Of a DNA stretch of 35,717 bases, positions 28,642-35,717 are shown in pieces; the stretch's first letter is position 1; every line of letters begins with the position of its first letter. The notes below the pieces were generated by a model, which saw only the letters and a program-made list of their open reading frames with translations, made no database searches and was not told where the DNA came from. The DNA is from a virus (taxonomy: Duplodnaviria > Caudoviricetes). The position numbers were made by a program, and so were the translations under genes. The stretch is taken from the IMG/VR virus record IMGVR_UViG_3300006851_000004, positions 1 to 35,717 of that record; one strand, written 5' to 3'.

Positions 28642-28932
28642 ATGAGCAGCTTATTCAAAAAAATAAACAGCGTAGCTAAGCACGGAATTAAGCCGATAGA
28701 GAAAGGCAGAAATAATTACCAACTCAATATACCCGAAATTGAACAGCTGGCAGCAGAGAGGCTAAAAACGTGTTTAGAATGCGAAAACTACGCGGACGAA
28801 CCAATTTCGTTTTTGAAAGTGAAAGATAAACGACTTGAAAAATTAAGCGAAAAAATGTGCAATAATTGCGGTTGCGCATTACCTTACTTGCTACGCCAGA
28901 GCGATAAAATTTGTAAAAAGTGGAAGCGATGA
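28642..28932 (+). CDS. Cys-rich putative zinc-binding protein
   Basis: RLKTCLEC...CNNCGC...CKKW. Confidence 0.7.
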   Translation: MSSLFKKINSVAKHGIKPIEKGRNNYQLNIPEIEQLAAERLKTCLECENYADEPISFLKVKDKRLEKLSEKMCNNCGCALPYLLRQSDKICKKWKR

Positions 28933-29159
28933 AAGTACACCAGTATTATTTAAAAAACAAGAAAAAACTAAAGGAGCTGACCCGACTGGGCTACGCGAGC
29001 ACAAAGATGACCGTATATTTCAAATTGTATCAAGATTTTTTGAAATGCAAGAAGCCACATCTTACAAAAATGGACAGGTATCAAATAACAGCGGACGACA
29101 ACCGCACATCAGTAATGACTGTTATGCGTGCCGTCCGCGAAATGGAAAGCGAGGTATGA
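28920..29159 (+). CDS. Small HTH-like protein
   Basis: 'YQITADDNRTSVMTVMRAVREME'. Confidence 0.6.
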   Translation: MEAMKVHQYYLKNKKKLKELTRLGYASTKMTVYFKLYQDFLKCKKPHLTKMDRYQITADDNRTSVMTVMRAVREMESEV

Positions 29160-29372
29160 TTACACAGCTTCAAGAGCCGCAACACGAGCCTCTAAATCAG
29201 AAAGTGCCGATTTTGTAGCCAAATCAGTAAGTGCTGTTTTGTCGGCTTTGTTGTTTTGCAAATCAGTAACGTCTGTTTTTACAGCGTCAAGCTGACCTTG
29301 CGTAACGTCGTTTCCGCTTCCTTGTTTCAATTCCTCGACTTCGGGAATAATGTTTTGTGGTGTAACTGCCAT
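29160..29372 (-). CDS. Small coiled-coil protein with fibre-like motif
   Basis: 'KADKTALTDLATKSALSDLEARVAALEA'; ATG at 29372. Confidence 0.65.
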   Translation of the reverse strand: MAVTPQNIIPEVEELKQGSGNDVTQGQLDAVKTDVTDLQNNKADKTALTDLATKSALSDLEARVAALEAV

Positions 29373-29406
29373 AATAAAAAAAATTAAAGGTTTGAACACA
29401 AAGGTA

Positions 29407-29721
29407 CTAAAAACCTTTGAATACTTTTTTTGCAGGATAACGATAATCCCAGTTATCCGTTATGATATTGACATCAATCCAGACGCAAGTATCTCGATAT
29501 TGCGTGTTTTCAGTAATTCCGTAAACCTTTTCAAGCCTAGCCATTTCGTAATTAGAAATAGTGAAGTGTTCGCCGCTACGTCCGCACACATCAGAAAGCT
29601 GAATAGTAACAGGAATAGCGCCTTGGCTAGGCGGAAGCGGATTGTGCCTGTAAGGCATTTCATTTTTAGTGCAGCTTGTGAATATTACTGCGATTGATAG
29701 TAGTAAGATTAATCGTTTCAT
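29407..29721 (-). CDS. Lipoprotein
   Basis: MKRLILLLSIAVIFTS-C lipoprotein signal; starts just downstream of the tRNA. Confidence 0.75.
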   Translation of the reverse strand: MKRLILLLSIAVIFTSCTKNEMPYRHNPLPPSQGAIPVTIQLSDVCGRSGEHFTISNYEMARLEKVYGITENTQYRDTCVWIDVNIITDNWDYRYPAKKVFKGF

Positions 29722-29748
29722 AGTTTTGATTTTTAAGTTAAAAATTAG

Positions 29749-29820
29749 AGCTCCCGACAGGATTCGAACCTGCATAATCTTGGTTTGCTGCCAAGCACCT
29801 TGCCAATCGGACACGGGAGC
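29749..29820 (-). tRNA. tRNA-Cys(GCA), atypical (A33, no encoded CCA)
   Basis: Acceptor GCTCCCG/CGGGAGC with U73; anticodon arm CTTGG-CAGCAAA-CCAAG; T arm GCAGG-TTCGAAT-CCTGT. Confidence 0.85.
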
Positions 29821-29845
29821 GATAATACTTGCGTCTATCTGCGAG

Positions 29846-30214
29846 TTATCGGCAACTGATTTTACCACCGCACATCTTCATAAACCATCGGAAAGTTTGT
29901 TCTACTTCTTTTTGTGCATCTTCCAAATTATCGAATAAGTGTTTTCCATTTGATGGATATAGGTAACTGATTGTGAATTTCAATTCACCTTTTATATCCA
30001 ATTTTTTTATCCAAGCAATTTCCCAACGGCAAACTTTACCTCTGTAAAATCCAATATTATCAAACTTTCCTGCATACGCAACTCTTGCCCATCTACCCAT
30101 ATCATCATCTTCCATAGTTGATGAATAGCGTGGAAGCCATCGCACATCAGCAGCCGATAACACGGGTTTTGTGCCATTGGCGGTTTCGTTTTTCAATTCA
30201 GCTTTTCTGCTCAT
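29846..30214 (-). CDS. Hypothetical protein (cassette 1)
   Basis: 122 aa; starts within the attC loop and stops on the TTA of the core site. Confidence 0.7.
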   Translation of the reverse strand: MSRKAELKNETANGTKPVLSAADVRWLPRYSSTMEDDDMGRWARVAYAGKFDNIGFYRGKVCRWEIAWIKKLDIKGELKFTISYLYPSNGKHLFDNLEDAQKEVEQTFRWFMKMCGGKISCR

Positions 30215-30281
30215 ATCAATATTTGTTTTTCAATTTAACATTTGTGGTTTAGGTCGCCAACTGACACAAAGCCCGAAACCG
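29846..30281 (+). mobile_element. Integron-like gene cassette 1
   Basis: Begins at G|TTATCGGC (29845-29853), the exact reverse complement of its attC left box GCCGATAAC (30153-30161). Confidence 0.75.
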
Positions 30282-30289
30282 TTATGTGC
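30153..30289 (+). repeat. attC-like site 1 (137 bp)
   Basis: GCCGATAAC-ACGGGTTTTGTGCCATTGGCG ... CGCCAACTGACACAAAGCCCG-AAACC-GTTATGTGC imperfect inverted repeat with a bulged base. Confidence 0.8.
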
Positions 30290-30294
30290 CATTG

Positions 30295-30474
30295 CTACGT
30301 TGACCGCTTCGATTGAATTTTAGTGGAAGTTTTTTGTTCTTTTTCCCAACGCTCAATCAAAAATCCAACAAAACCTGAAATACTTTCTTTACCAAATAAA
30401 TTTTTTGATAAAGAACGAGCCTTCTCCTGTTGTTCAGGAGTAAGGCTTATTGTTACTTTTTTTGTGTTGCTCAT
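30295..30474 (-). CDS. Ribbon-helix-helix-like small protein
   Basis: 'KKVTISLTPEQQEKARSLSK..GKESISGFVGFLIERW'; ATGA-type overlap with the upstream gene. Confidence 0.6.
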   Translation of the reverse strand: MSNTKKVTISLTPEQQEKARSLSKNLFGKESISGFVGFLIERWEKEQKTSTKIQSKRST

Positions 30475-30710
30475 ACAAGTTCCCATTTGTGTCCGTTACT
30501 TGTCTCAATCACATTCTTTAAAGTCAATTTCACAAAATCAACTATTGATGGATCAAGTGTTTCAACTATGATTTTTAAACCATCAAATCTACACCATTGC
30601 AAGGAACGGTTGTTTTGTTCGTTAAATCTGCTTTTTACAACAAACTCAAAAAACTGATTTTCCTCTTTGTGCTTTATACCTGTGCTTTGGTATTCAAATA
30701 CTTGTGTCAT
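30471..30710 (-). CDS. Hypothetical protein (cassette 2)
   Basis: 79 aa, downstream of a consensus promoter. Confidence 0.65.
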   Translation of the reverse strand: MTQVFEYQSTGIKHKEENQFFEFVVKSRFNEQNNRSLQWCRFDGLKIIVETLDPSIVDFVKLTLKNVIETSNGHKWELV

Positions 30711-30752
30711 AATTTTATTTTTTACATCGTAGCTTCATTGCTAACAACACTT

Positions 30753-30783
30753 CAAAGATAAGTATTTATTTTGTATTTACAAA
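30753..30783 (-). promoter_or_regulatory. Bacteroidetes housekeeping-type promoter inside cassette 2
   Basis: Minus strand reads TTTG-N19-TATCTTTG. Confidence 0.75.
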
Positions 30784-30871
30784 CTATTTATCAAAAATAT
30801 TTTTCCCCACCCACAAAAAAGAACAAAAAACCTTGCTGCGATTGAAGTATCTGCTAAACAAACCGCAACGA

Positions 30872-31005
30872 GAGCATAACAGCACCTATGCAAAATGGCT
30901 CAATTCATTTCCAGTTGACAGTTTAACGATGCGACAAATGCGGTTTTCAAAAGAACTTTTGTATTTAAAAACCGCCACTTCGCATAGCCGCATCACGTTA
31001 TGTGC
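30872..31005 (+). repeat. attC-like site 2 (134 bp)
   Basis: GAGCATAAC-AGCACCTATGCAAAATGGC ... GCCACTTCGCATAGCCGC-ATCAC-GTTATGTGC. Confidence 0.78.
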
Positions 31006-32570
31006 AAGTGCTACGTTAGTCGTTAAATTGAAACATTGTAGCATTTAAGCCGTTTTAATAATTTTTGCCTTTGCGCTTTTTGCGTATGGTAGATAATTGA
31101 AAAAATGTGCGATAACATCAACCGTCCACCCATTTCCAAGCATTCTGTAACGTTGCGTGTCGGAGACTTCATTTGTGTAATTATCCGGGACCGTTTGAAG
31201 CCGTTCGCACTCTAAAGGTGTTAATCGTCTTAATCTATTTCCACAAATGAATTTTTGAACGTGATTAGTTAGGTGCGTGTCGGTTTTTTGGTTATCATAA
31301 ATTATAGTTCCTAGTTCTGATATTCCGGTCTTTTTTTTGTCGCCCCTATGCGGTCTAATTCCCCTGTCATTAATTGAAATACCGCCCACTCTTTGCAAAA
31401 CCAAATTATCCTTTGAAACGCTCGTCAAACAATTGGTTTTCCCGTCTTTTTTTGGTTCTAACCTTTGCTCGGTCGGGCTTCCATTTTGGCGGTCGCTCGG
31501 ATTGTCGGGGTTTCTACCTCGCATTGCAACGCAAATAATATCCATATCCGAATGAAGCCCACCAGAATTTCCACCGGCCGTAAAACAATTGCTTTTATCT
31601 TGGTTTTTTGCCACTTGCAATCTTGTATCAACTTTGATAAAATTATCCGAAATATCACAACTTGCCATACTTGAAGTTAATGTGGTCGCCTTTCCAGTTT
31701 CTTTGCGAATATTCACTTTTCCGTTGTTAAAATTTACTGCTCTGTTTTCAAAGTAATTAAGCATTTTATCACTCAAATAATACTTTTCCGGGACATCATT
31801 TTCTAAAATATCCTTTAGCAAAATCCCTTTGTCTTTTGGTTGTGGAACACCACATTTCAAATCATTGAACAAACCGAACGTTTTTAAATTTATATTGGTC
31901 CAGTATAATCTAACTCTATTTTGAGCAGAAACCAAAGCGGAATTTATGGTAACGGGTCCTATTTTTAGAAATTGGCTAATAACCGTTTCATATTCCTTTT
32001 TCATTTTCACGTTTTCCAAGAAAAAATAAGTCGGGTTCAATTCGTCTTTCAACCGGATAAACTCAAAGAACAATTTACTTCTTTCATCATCAAATGCTAA
32101 TTGCTTTCCTGCAAAAGAAAATCCCTGGCACGGACTACCACCAATCAACAAATCTATCTTAGGCAAATCCTTTGCGTTTATTTCGGTAACATCGCCAAGC
32201 TGTATCGTATCGGGAAAATTACTTTGAGTTACTTTTATGGCGTGTTTGTCAATTTCGGATGCAAAGTATTGGTTTACTTTTATTCCTGCCTTTTTTAAGG
32301 CTAATTGACCGCAGCTCATTCCGTCAAATAAGGAAAGCACATTGATACCTTCGCTTCCTTCGTCAGCGATTTTGCCACCGCTTAAAAAATTATTAAAACT
32401 CGTTTCGTTTTCCATAGTAAATTTTAGTTTTTAAATCCGCACCAGCACATAACAAGGGCTAAGCGTAATCGGGCAAAAGTGCCACGATTGAAACATTTCG
32501 GTAAGCTGAACTATTTGTTTTCATAACACGTATCGAGGTAAAATCCCCGCCTACGCTTAGACCCGAAACG
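30998..32570 (+). mobile_element. Integron-like gene cassette 3 (methyltransferase)
   Basis: Begins at G|TTATGTGC (30997-31005), the exact reverse complement of GCACATAAC (32445-32453). Confidence 0.75.
31045..32415 (-). CDS. C5-cytosine DNA methyltransferase (orphan)
   Basis: Motifs SLFDGMSCG, GGSPCQGFS, LENV, QNRVRLYW, RRLTPLECERLQ, MLGNGW. Confidence 0.95.
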   Translation of the reverse strand: MENETSFNNFLSGGKIADEGSEGINVLSLFDGMSCGQLALKKAGIKVNQYFASEIDKHAIKVTQSNFPDTIQLGDVTEINAKDLPKIDLLIGGSPCQGFSFAGKQLAFDDERSKLFFEFIRLKDELNPTYFFLENVKMKKEYETVISQFLKIGPVTINSALVSAQNRVRLYWTNINLKTFGLFNDLKCGVPQPKDKGILLKDILENDVPEKYYLSDKMLNYFENRAVNFNNGKVNIRKETGKATTLTSSMASCDISDNFIKVDTRLQVAKNQDKSNCFTAGGNSGGLHSDMDIICVAMRGRNPDNPSDRQNGSPTEQRLEPKKDGKTNCLTSVSKDNLVLQRVGGISINDRGIRPHRGDKKKTGISELGTIIYDNQKTDTHLTNHVQKFICGNRLRRLTPLECERLQTVPDNYTNEVSDTQRYRMLGNGWTVDVIAHFFNYLPYAKSAKAKIIKTA

Positions 32571-32578
32571 TTATGCTC
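32445..32578 (+). repeat. attC-like site 3 (134 bp)
   Basis: GCACATAAC-AAGGGCTAAGCGTAATCGGG ... CCCGCCTACGCTTAGACCC-GAAAC-GTTATGCTC with a bulged base. Confidence 0.8.
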
Positions 32579-32608
32579 AATTGCTACGTGACCGCTTCGA
32601 TTTAACAT

Positions 32609-32809
32609 TTACTCCATTCTTCTACCCCATTCCTCGTCCGATACTTTCTCGTACCCCATTTTTTTTAGATACTTATCAATCGTTTTCTTTTTAGCCATTC
32701 CTTTTCGGAATGACTGCAAGAAGTTACTAGCCGTTGATTGTTCGATTCCGTAGTGGACGTACCACTTTAGACGACTTGTTTCTTTTTCTATTATTTCTTT
32801 TGGGGCCAT
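32609..32809 (-). CDS. Small HTH-like protein
   Basis: 'GIEQSTASNFLQSFRKG..KKKTIDKYLKKMGY'; first gene after the leftward promoter. Confidence 0.65.
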   Translation of the reverse strand: MAPKEIIEKETSRLKWYVHYGIEQSTASNFLQSFRKGMAKKKTIDKYLKKMGYEKVSDEEWGRRME

Positions 32810-32829
32810 AGGTAGTTCTTTTACAGGAG

Positions 32830-32859
32830 CAAATATACATAAATATATTAATACAGCAA
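32830..32859 (-). promoter_or_regulatory. Leftward promoter facing the accessory island
   Basis: Minus strand reads TTG-N19-TATATTTG. Confidence 0.7.
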
Positions 32860-32919
32860 TAAAAAGTTATCATTTCTTTGAAAAACAAACAATTGCTATT
32901 CGAACTAACTTTGAAAAGT

Positions 32920-33969
32920 ATGAAAGGAGTGATAAATATTTTCGGAGATATTGGCGACGATGTGACGTTGATTGACGTTGTTCAGCAAGTCGAAAAACAA
33001 AAAGACGCAACATCATTCACAGTTAATCTAAACTCGAACGGCGGTTACGTATCGGAGGGTTTCGCTATCTATGATTATTTGAGCAGCTTAGAACAGAGCA
33101 TTACGATGAATGGACAAGGCGTTGTGGCGTCAATCGCTTCAATTATATTTTTAGCTGGTGACAAGCGACGAGTTCAGCGCGGCACGGTATTTATGATTCA
33201 CTTGCCCGCAGTCAAGCTAGACGACTACAACACATCAGACGATTTCGATGAAGCGTCTAAGCAGCTGAAAAAGATTGAACGCGACGTGATGAAGTTTTAC
33301 GAAAAACACACATCGTTAAGGGGTGCTACATTGCGCGAGCTTTTGAAACAGGAAACATATTTGAACGCCGAGCAGCTCTATGATTTCGGCTTCACGACCG
33401 CAAAACAAGAGTTACGAGCGGTCGCAAAACTTAATATTAATCAAAACAGAGATGAGATGACAGAGCAGGAAAAACTAGAAGCCAAAAAAGCAAAAGGTAT
33501 TCTGGAAAAAATAAAGGCGTTTTTCGCAGACGAGGGGGCTGTAATGAAGACGTTAAAAACAGCCAACGAAAAAGAGTTAGAGTTTTCACAAGTTGACGAC
33601 GAGGCGAAAGTAAAAGTAGGCGATACGGCAACGGTTGACGGCTCACCCGCTGACGGCGAATACGTACTAGCCGACGGACGGAAATTAGTTTTCGAGTTAG
33701 GCAAATTGGTTGAAATCATTGAAGCAGGAAGCGAAGATGACGGAAATCAAGATGAAGAGATTCAAGCCTTGAAAGAGGAAAACGAAAAACTCAAAAAACA
33801 AGTCGAAAACAAGACTGACGAAGCAGCTGACGCGGTTGCAAAACTAACGGAAGCAAAAAACACTTTGAAAGATATCGAAAAGATTCAATCAAAAGTGGTT
33901 GCAAAAAAACAAACTAAAGAAAAAAAGAAAGGCGTGTTAGACGGCGCTTTCGATAACCTACGAAAATAG
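32920..33969 (+). CDS. ClpP-type prohead protease with C-terminal scaffold-like coiled coil
   Basis: 'LNSNGGYV..G', 'VASIASIIFLAG', 'FMIHLP', 'ETYLNAEQ..GF'; ATG 32920 preceded by TAACTTTG (32906-32913). Confidence 0.9.
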   Translation: MKGVINIFGDIGDDVTLIDVVQQVEKQKDATSFTVNLNSNGGYVSEGFAIYDYLSSLEQSITMNGQGVVASIASIIFLAGDKRRVQRGTVFMIHLPAVKLDDYNTSDDFDEASKQLKKIERDVMKFYEKHTSLRGATLRELLKQETYLNAEQLYDFGFTTAKQELRAVAKLNINQNRDEMTEQEKLEAKKAKGILEKIKAFFADEGAVMKTLKTANEKELEFSQVDDEAKVKVGDTATVDGSPADGEYVLADGRKLVFELGKLVEIIEAGSEDDGNQDEEIQALKEENEKLKKQVENKTDEAADAVAKLTEAKNTLKDIEKIQSKVVAKKQTKEKKKGVLDGAFDNLRK

Positions 33970-33975
33970 AAAATT

Positions 33976-35058
33976 ATGGCACTAGACCAAACATCATTAG
34001 CGGCTATCCTCGACGCACTTAACGGCTTAGAGGAGTCAGAAAAAATGAAGCTATCGGAAGCTATCTTTTTAGAGGCTTTTAAGGCGGAAAACATCAAGAA
34101 CACACATACCACCATAGGCGGTATTCACAGCGGGAACAAAGTACCTATTTTGGGCGACGAGGACGGCTTTGACGGCTTCCCGTTTGTCGATGGTTGCGCA
34201 CTTCCAGATTGCTCAATCGCAAACGATTGGAGCACAATGAAATGGGAGCTAGGCGAAATCGGTTGCGAGCTAACGTTGTGCTTGAAAGACTTGTTACCGA
34301 AATTTCAAGCATTCTACAACGTGTATCGCAAAATGAACGAGGGCGACATCAACAGCGCATTTGTTCAATTTATCGCCGAGCGTTTTCAGACCAAACATTT
34401 GAAAGCTGAGTTACGCGTAGCTTACTTCGCTGACGTTGACGCTACAGATACAAAGCTCAACGGGTACGACGGCTTTGTTTCCCAAATGGACGCGATTTCA
34501 ACAGCCAACCCCGATTTGAGGGTTGATATTACTGAAAACGCACAGACTACATTAGCAGGTCAGACTATCGCTGACGGGCAAGCTGTGTACGACTATATGA
34601 AAGCGCTGTACAACCAAACCGCTGGCAAGGCGTGGTTCAATCCTGAAAAAATGGTGTGGCGAATGAACCGCTCACTAGTTAACAAGCTAGTGGCGTTCTT
34701 GAATACTAAGAGCGATTTAAGCGGCATTTCTTGTGGTTGTATTGACCCCGAGAAAGCAGCAGGCGCACGAATTTTCAGCTATGACAACCTGACGTTGTTT
34801 GGCATTCCAGTAGAGCCAAAACCTTTCGAGCAAGCGATGAAATCAAGCGCATTCTACTGGGACGGCAGCAAATTCACTAAGTACAAGAACATTATCATCT
34901 TGGCGCGACGCGACGCGATGATTTTGGGGTACGAAACAGAGGAAGCACTTTCGCAATTCAACATCGGTTACGATAAGCGTAAACGCGAGGTTTGGATGCA
35001 AGGTAGTTCACTATTCGGAGCGGCTGTGCCAGTGCCTTATTTCGGAATCGCAATTTAG
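33976..35058 (+). CDS. Major capsid protein (putative)
   Basis: 360 aa directly after the protease/scaffold gene; assigned mainly by size and position. Confidence 0.8.
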   Translation: MALDQTSLAAILDALNGLEESEKMKLSEAIFLEAFKAENIKNTHTTIGGIHSGNKVPILGDEDGFDGFPFVDGCALPDCSIANDWSTMKWELGEIGCELTLCLKDLLPKFQAFYNVYRKMNEGDINSAFVQFIAERFQTKHLKAELRVAYFADVDATDTKLNGYDGFVSQMDAISTANPDLRVDITENAQTTLAGQTIADGQAVYDYMKALYNQTAGKAWFNPEKMVWRMNRSLVNKLVAFLNTKSDLSGISCGCIDPEKAAGARIFSYDNLTLFGIPVEPKPFEQAMKSSAFYWDGSKFTKYKNIIILARRDAMILGYETEEALSQFNIGYDKRKREVWMQGSSLFGAAVPVPYFGIAI

Positions 35059-35078
35059 AAACTTAAAAACAAAGCATT

Positions 35079-35660
35079 ATGGCAGTTACAAGTATTTGCG
35101 GCAAATTGGCAAGCGATTTCATTCAGGACTGTAAAGCCCCGATTAAGAAATTCCACCAGCAAGCCGTACTAATTAATAAGGACGACATCGACACATCAAC
35201 CATCACCACAACTGGTGGTGGAAGTTGTGCTTACAACGTTTCATTTGCGTTGAAGTCGGGAAAAACAGGCTATCGAATCGCAGGAATCGAAGCAGGTTCT
35301 AGTTTTTTTGGAAGCGTATCGAAAAGCCGAGATGATAACGGTTACCCAGTTTACACCCACAACGTCACTATCTTTTTGAGCGGCGTTGATGAGCAGACTA
35401 AATGTGTTTTAGACGCGTTAGACAGCGGTAATTACGTCGTAGCTATGCAATATATGGACGGAACAGTCGTTATTTACGGATTTGTGAACGGAATGAACAC
35501 AGGCGATTACGATTACTCTGTACAGGAAAACGCTGGCGGAGCAGCAATCGTATTGTCAAGCGCTGAATCCGCACCAGAAAACACATTGCCGCTCGTGTAC
35601 GTTAGTTCAACTCCTGGTAACGAGGGCGTGGATTTCGACGATAAATTCGCGGCAGCGTAA
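35079..35660 (+). CDS. Major tail tube-like structural protein (putative)
   Basis: 193 aa, beta-rich, directly after the capsid gene; paralog at 2118-2723. Confidence 0.6.
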   Translation: MAVTSICGKLASDFIQDCKAPIKKFHQQAVLINKDDIDTSTITTTGGGSCAYNVSFALKSGKTGYRIAGIEAGSSFFGSVSKSRDDNGYPVYTHNVTIFLSGVDEQTKCVLDALDSGNYVVAMQYMDGTVVIYGFVNGMNTGDYDYSVQENAGGAAIVLSSAESAPENTLPLVYVSSTPGNEGVDFDDKFAAA

Positions 35661-35717
35661 TGGACATTAGCATACTTGAAGAGAAACCCGAAAAAGTAAG
35701 GGTAAATGAAGAAATGA
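35595..35717. repeat. Terminal direct repeat, copy 2
   Basis: Identical to 1-123. Confidence 0.95.

Larger units (their letters stand above)
30282..30997 (+). mobile_element. Integron-like gene cassette 2 (two genes, own promoter)
   Basis: Lies between the GTT crossover positions of attC1 and attC2. Confidence 0.7.

Noticed and set aside
29722-29868. N-terminal extension of ORF 29407-29868
   Set aside because: It overlaps the tRNA; the signal peptide begins at ATG 29721
32459-32524. ATG in the attC3 loop as an extended methyltransferase start
   Set aside because: It hits TAG after 21 codons and is out of frame with the MTase
30153-32578. attC-like palindromes as terminators, REP elements or IS ends
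   Set aside because: They have long loops, no U-tracts and no transposase nearby; the conserved ATAAC/GTTAT boxes and cassette-start complementarity fit att sites better
1-35717. Stop-codon reassignment
   Set aside because: Standard-code ORFs tile the genome densely, all three stops end coupled genes, and the tRNA is not a suppressor

Overview
This window is a complete, circularly assembled genome (~35.6 kb; bases 1-123 repeat exactly at 35595-35717) of a tailed, probably siphovirus-type phage. Repeated TTG-N18/19-TAnnTTTG promoters point to a Bacteroidetes (Flavobacteria-like) host. Modules: head (Clp-type protease, capsid, portal), tail tube paralogs, fibres and lysis (32.9 kb wrapping to 8 kb); a structured non-coding control region with a KilA-N gene (8-9.8 kb); early/replication/recombination genes (MoxR AAA+/VWA, ERF, exonuclease, SSB, RusA, HNH) behind five copies of a promoter repeat (9.8-19.1 kb); packaging and tail genes (19.2-29.2 kb); and a minus-strand accessory island (29.2-32.8 kb). 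The top finding is in that island: three ~134-137 bp attC-like hairpins define an array of integron-style gene cassettes (a hypothetical gene, a promoter-bearing two-gene RHH module, a C5 DNA methyltransferase). The genes are inverted relative to the att sites, the array sits next to an atypical tRNA-Cys, and I found no integrase in the genome. Also notable are a chain of matching C-/N-terminal motifs in the fibre genes and two divergent attenuator-like leaders. All calls come from reading motifs by eye; no searches were run.
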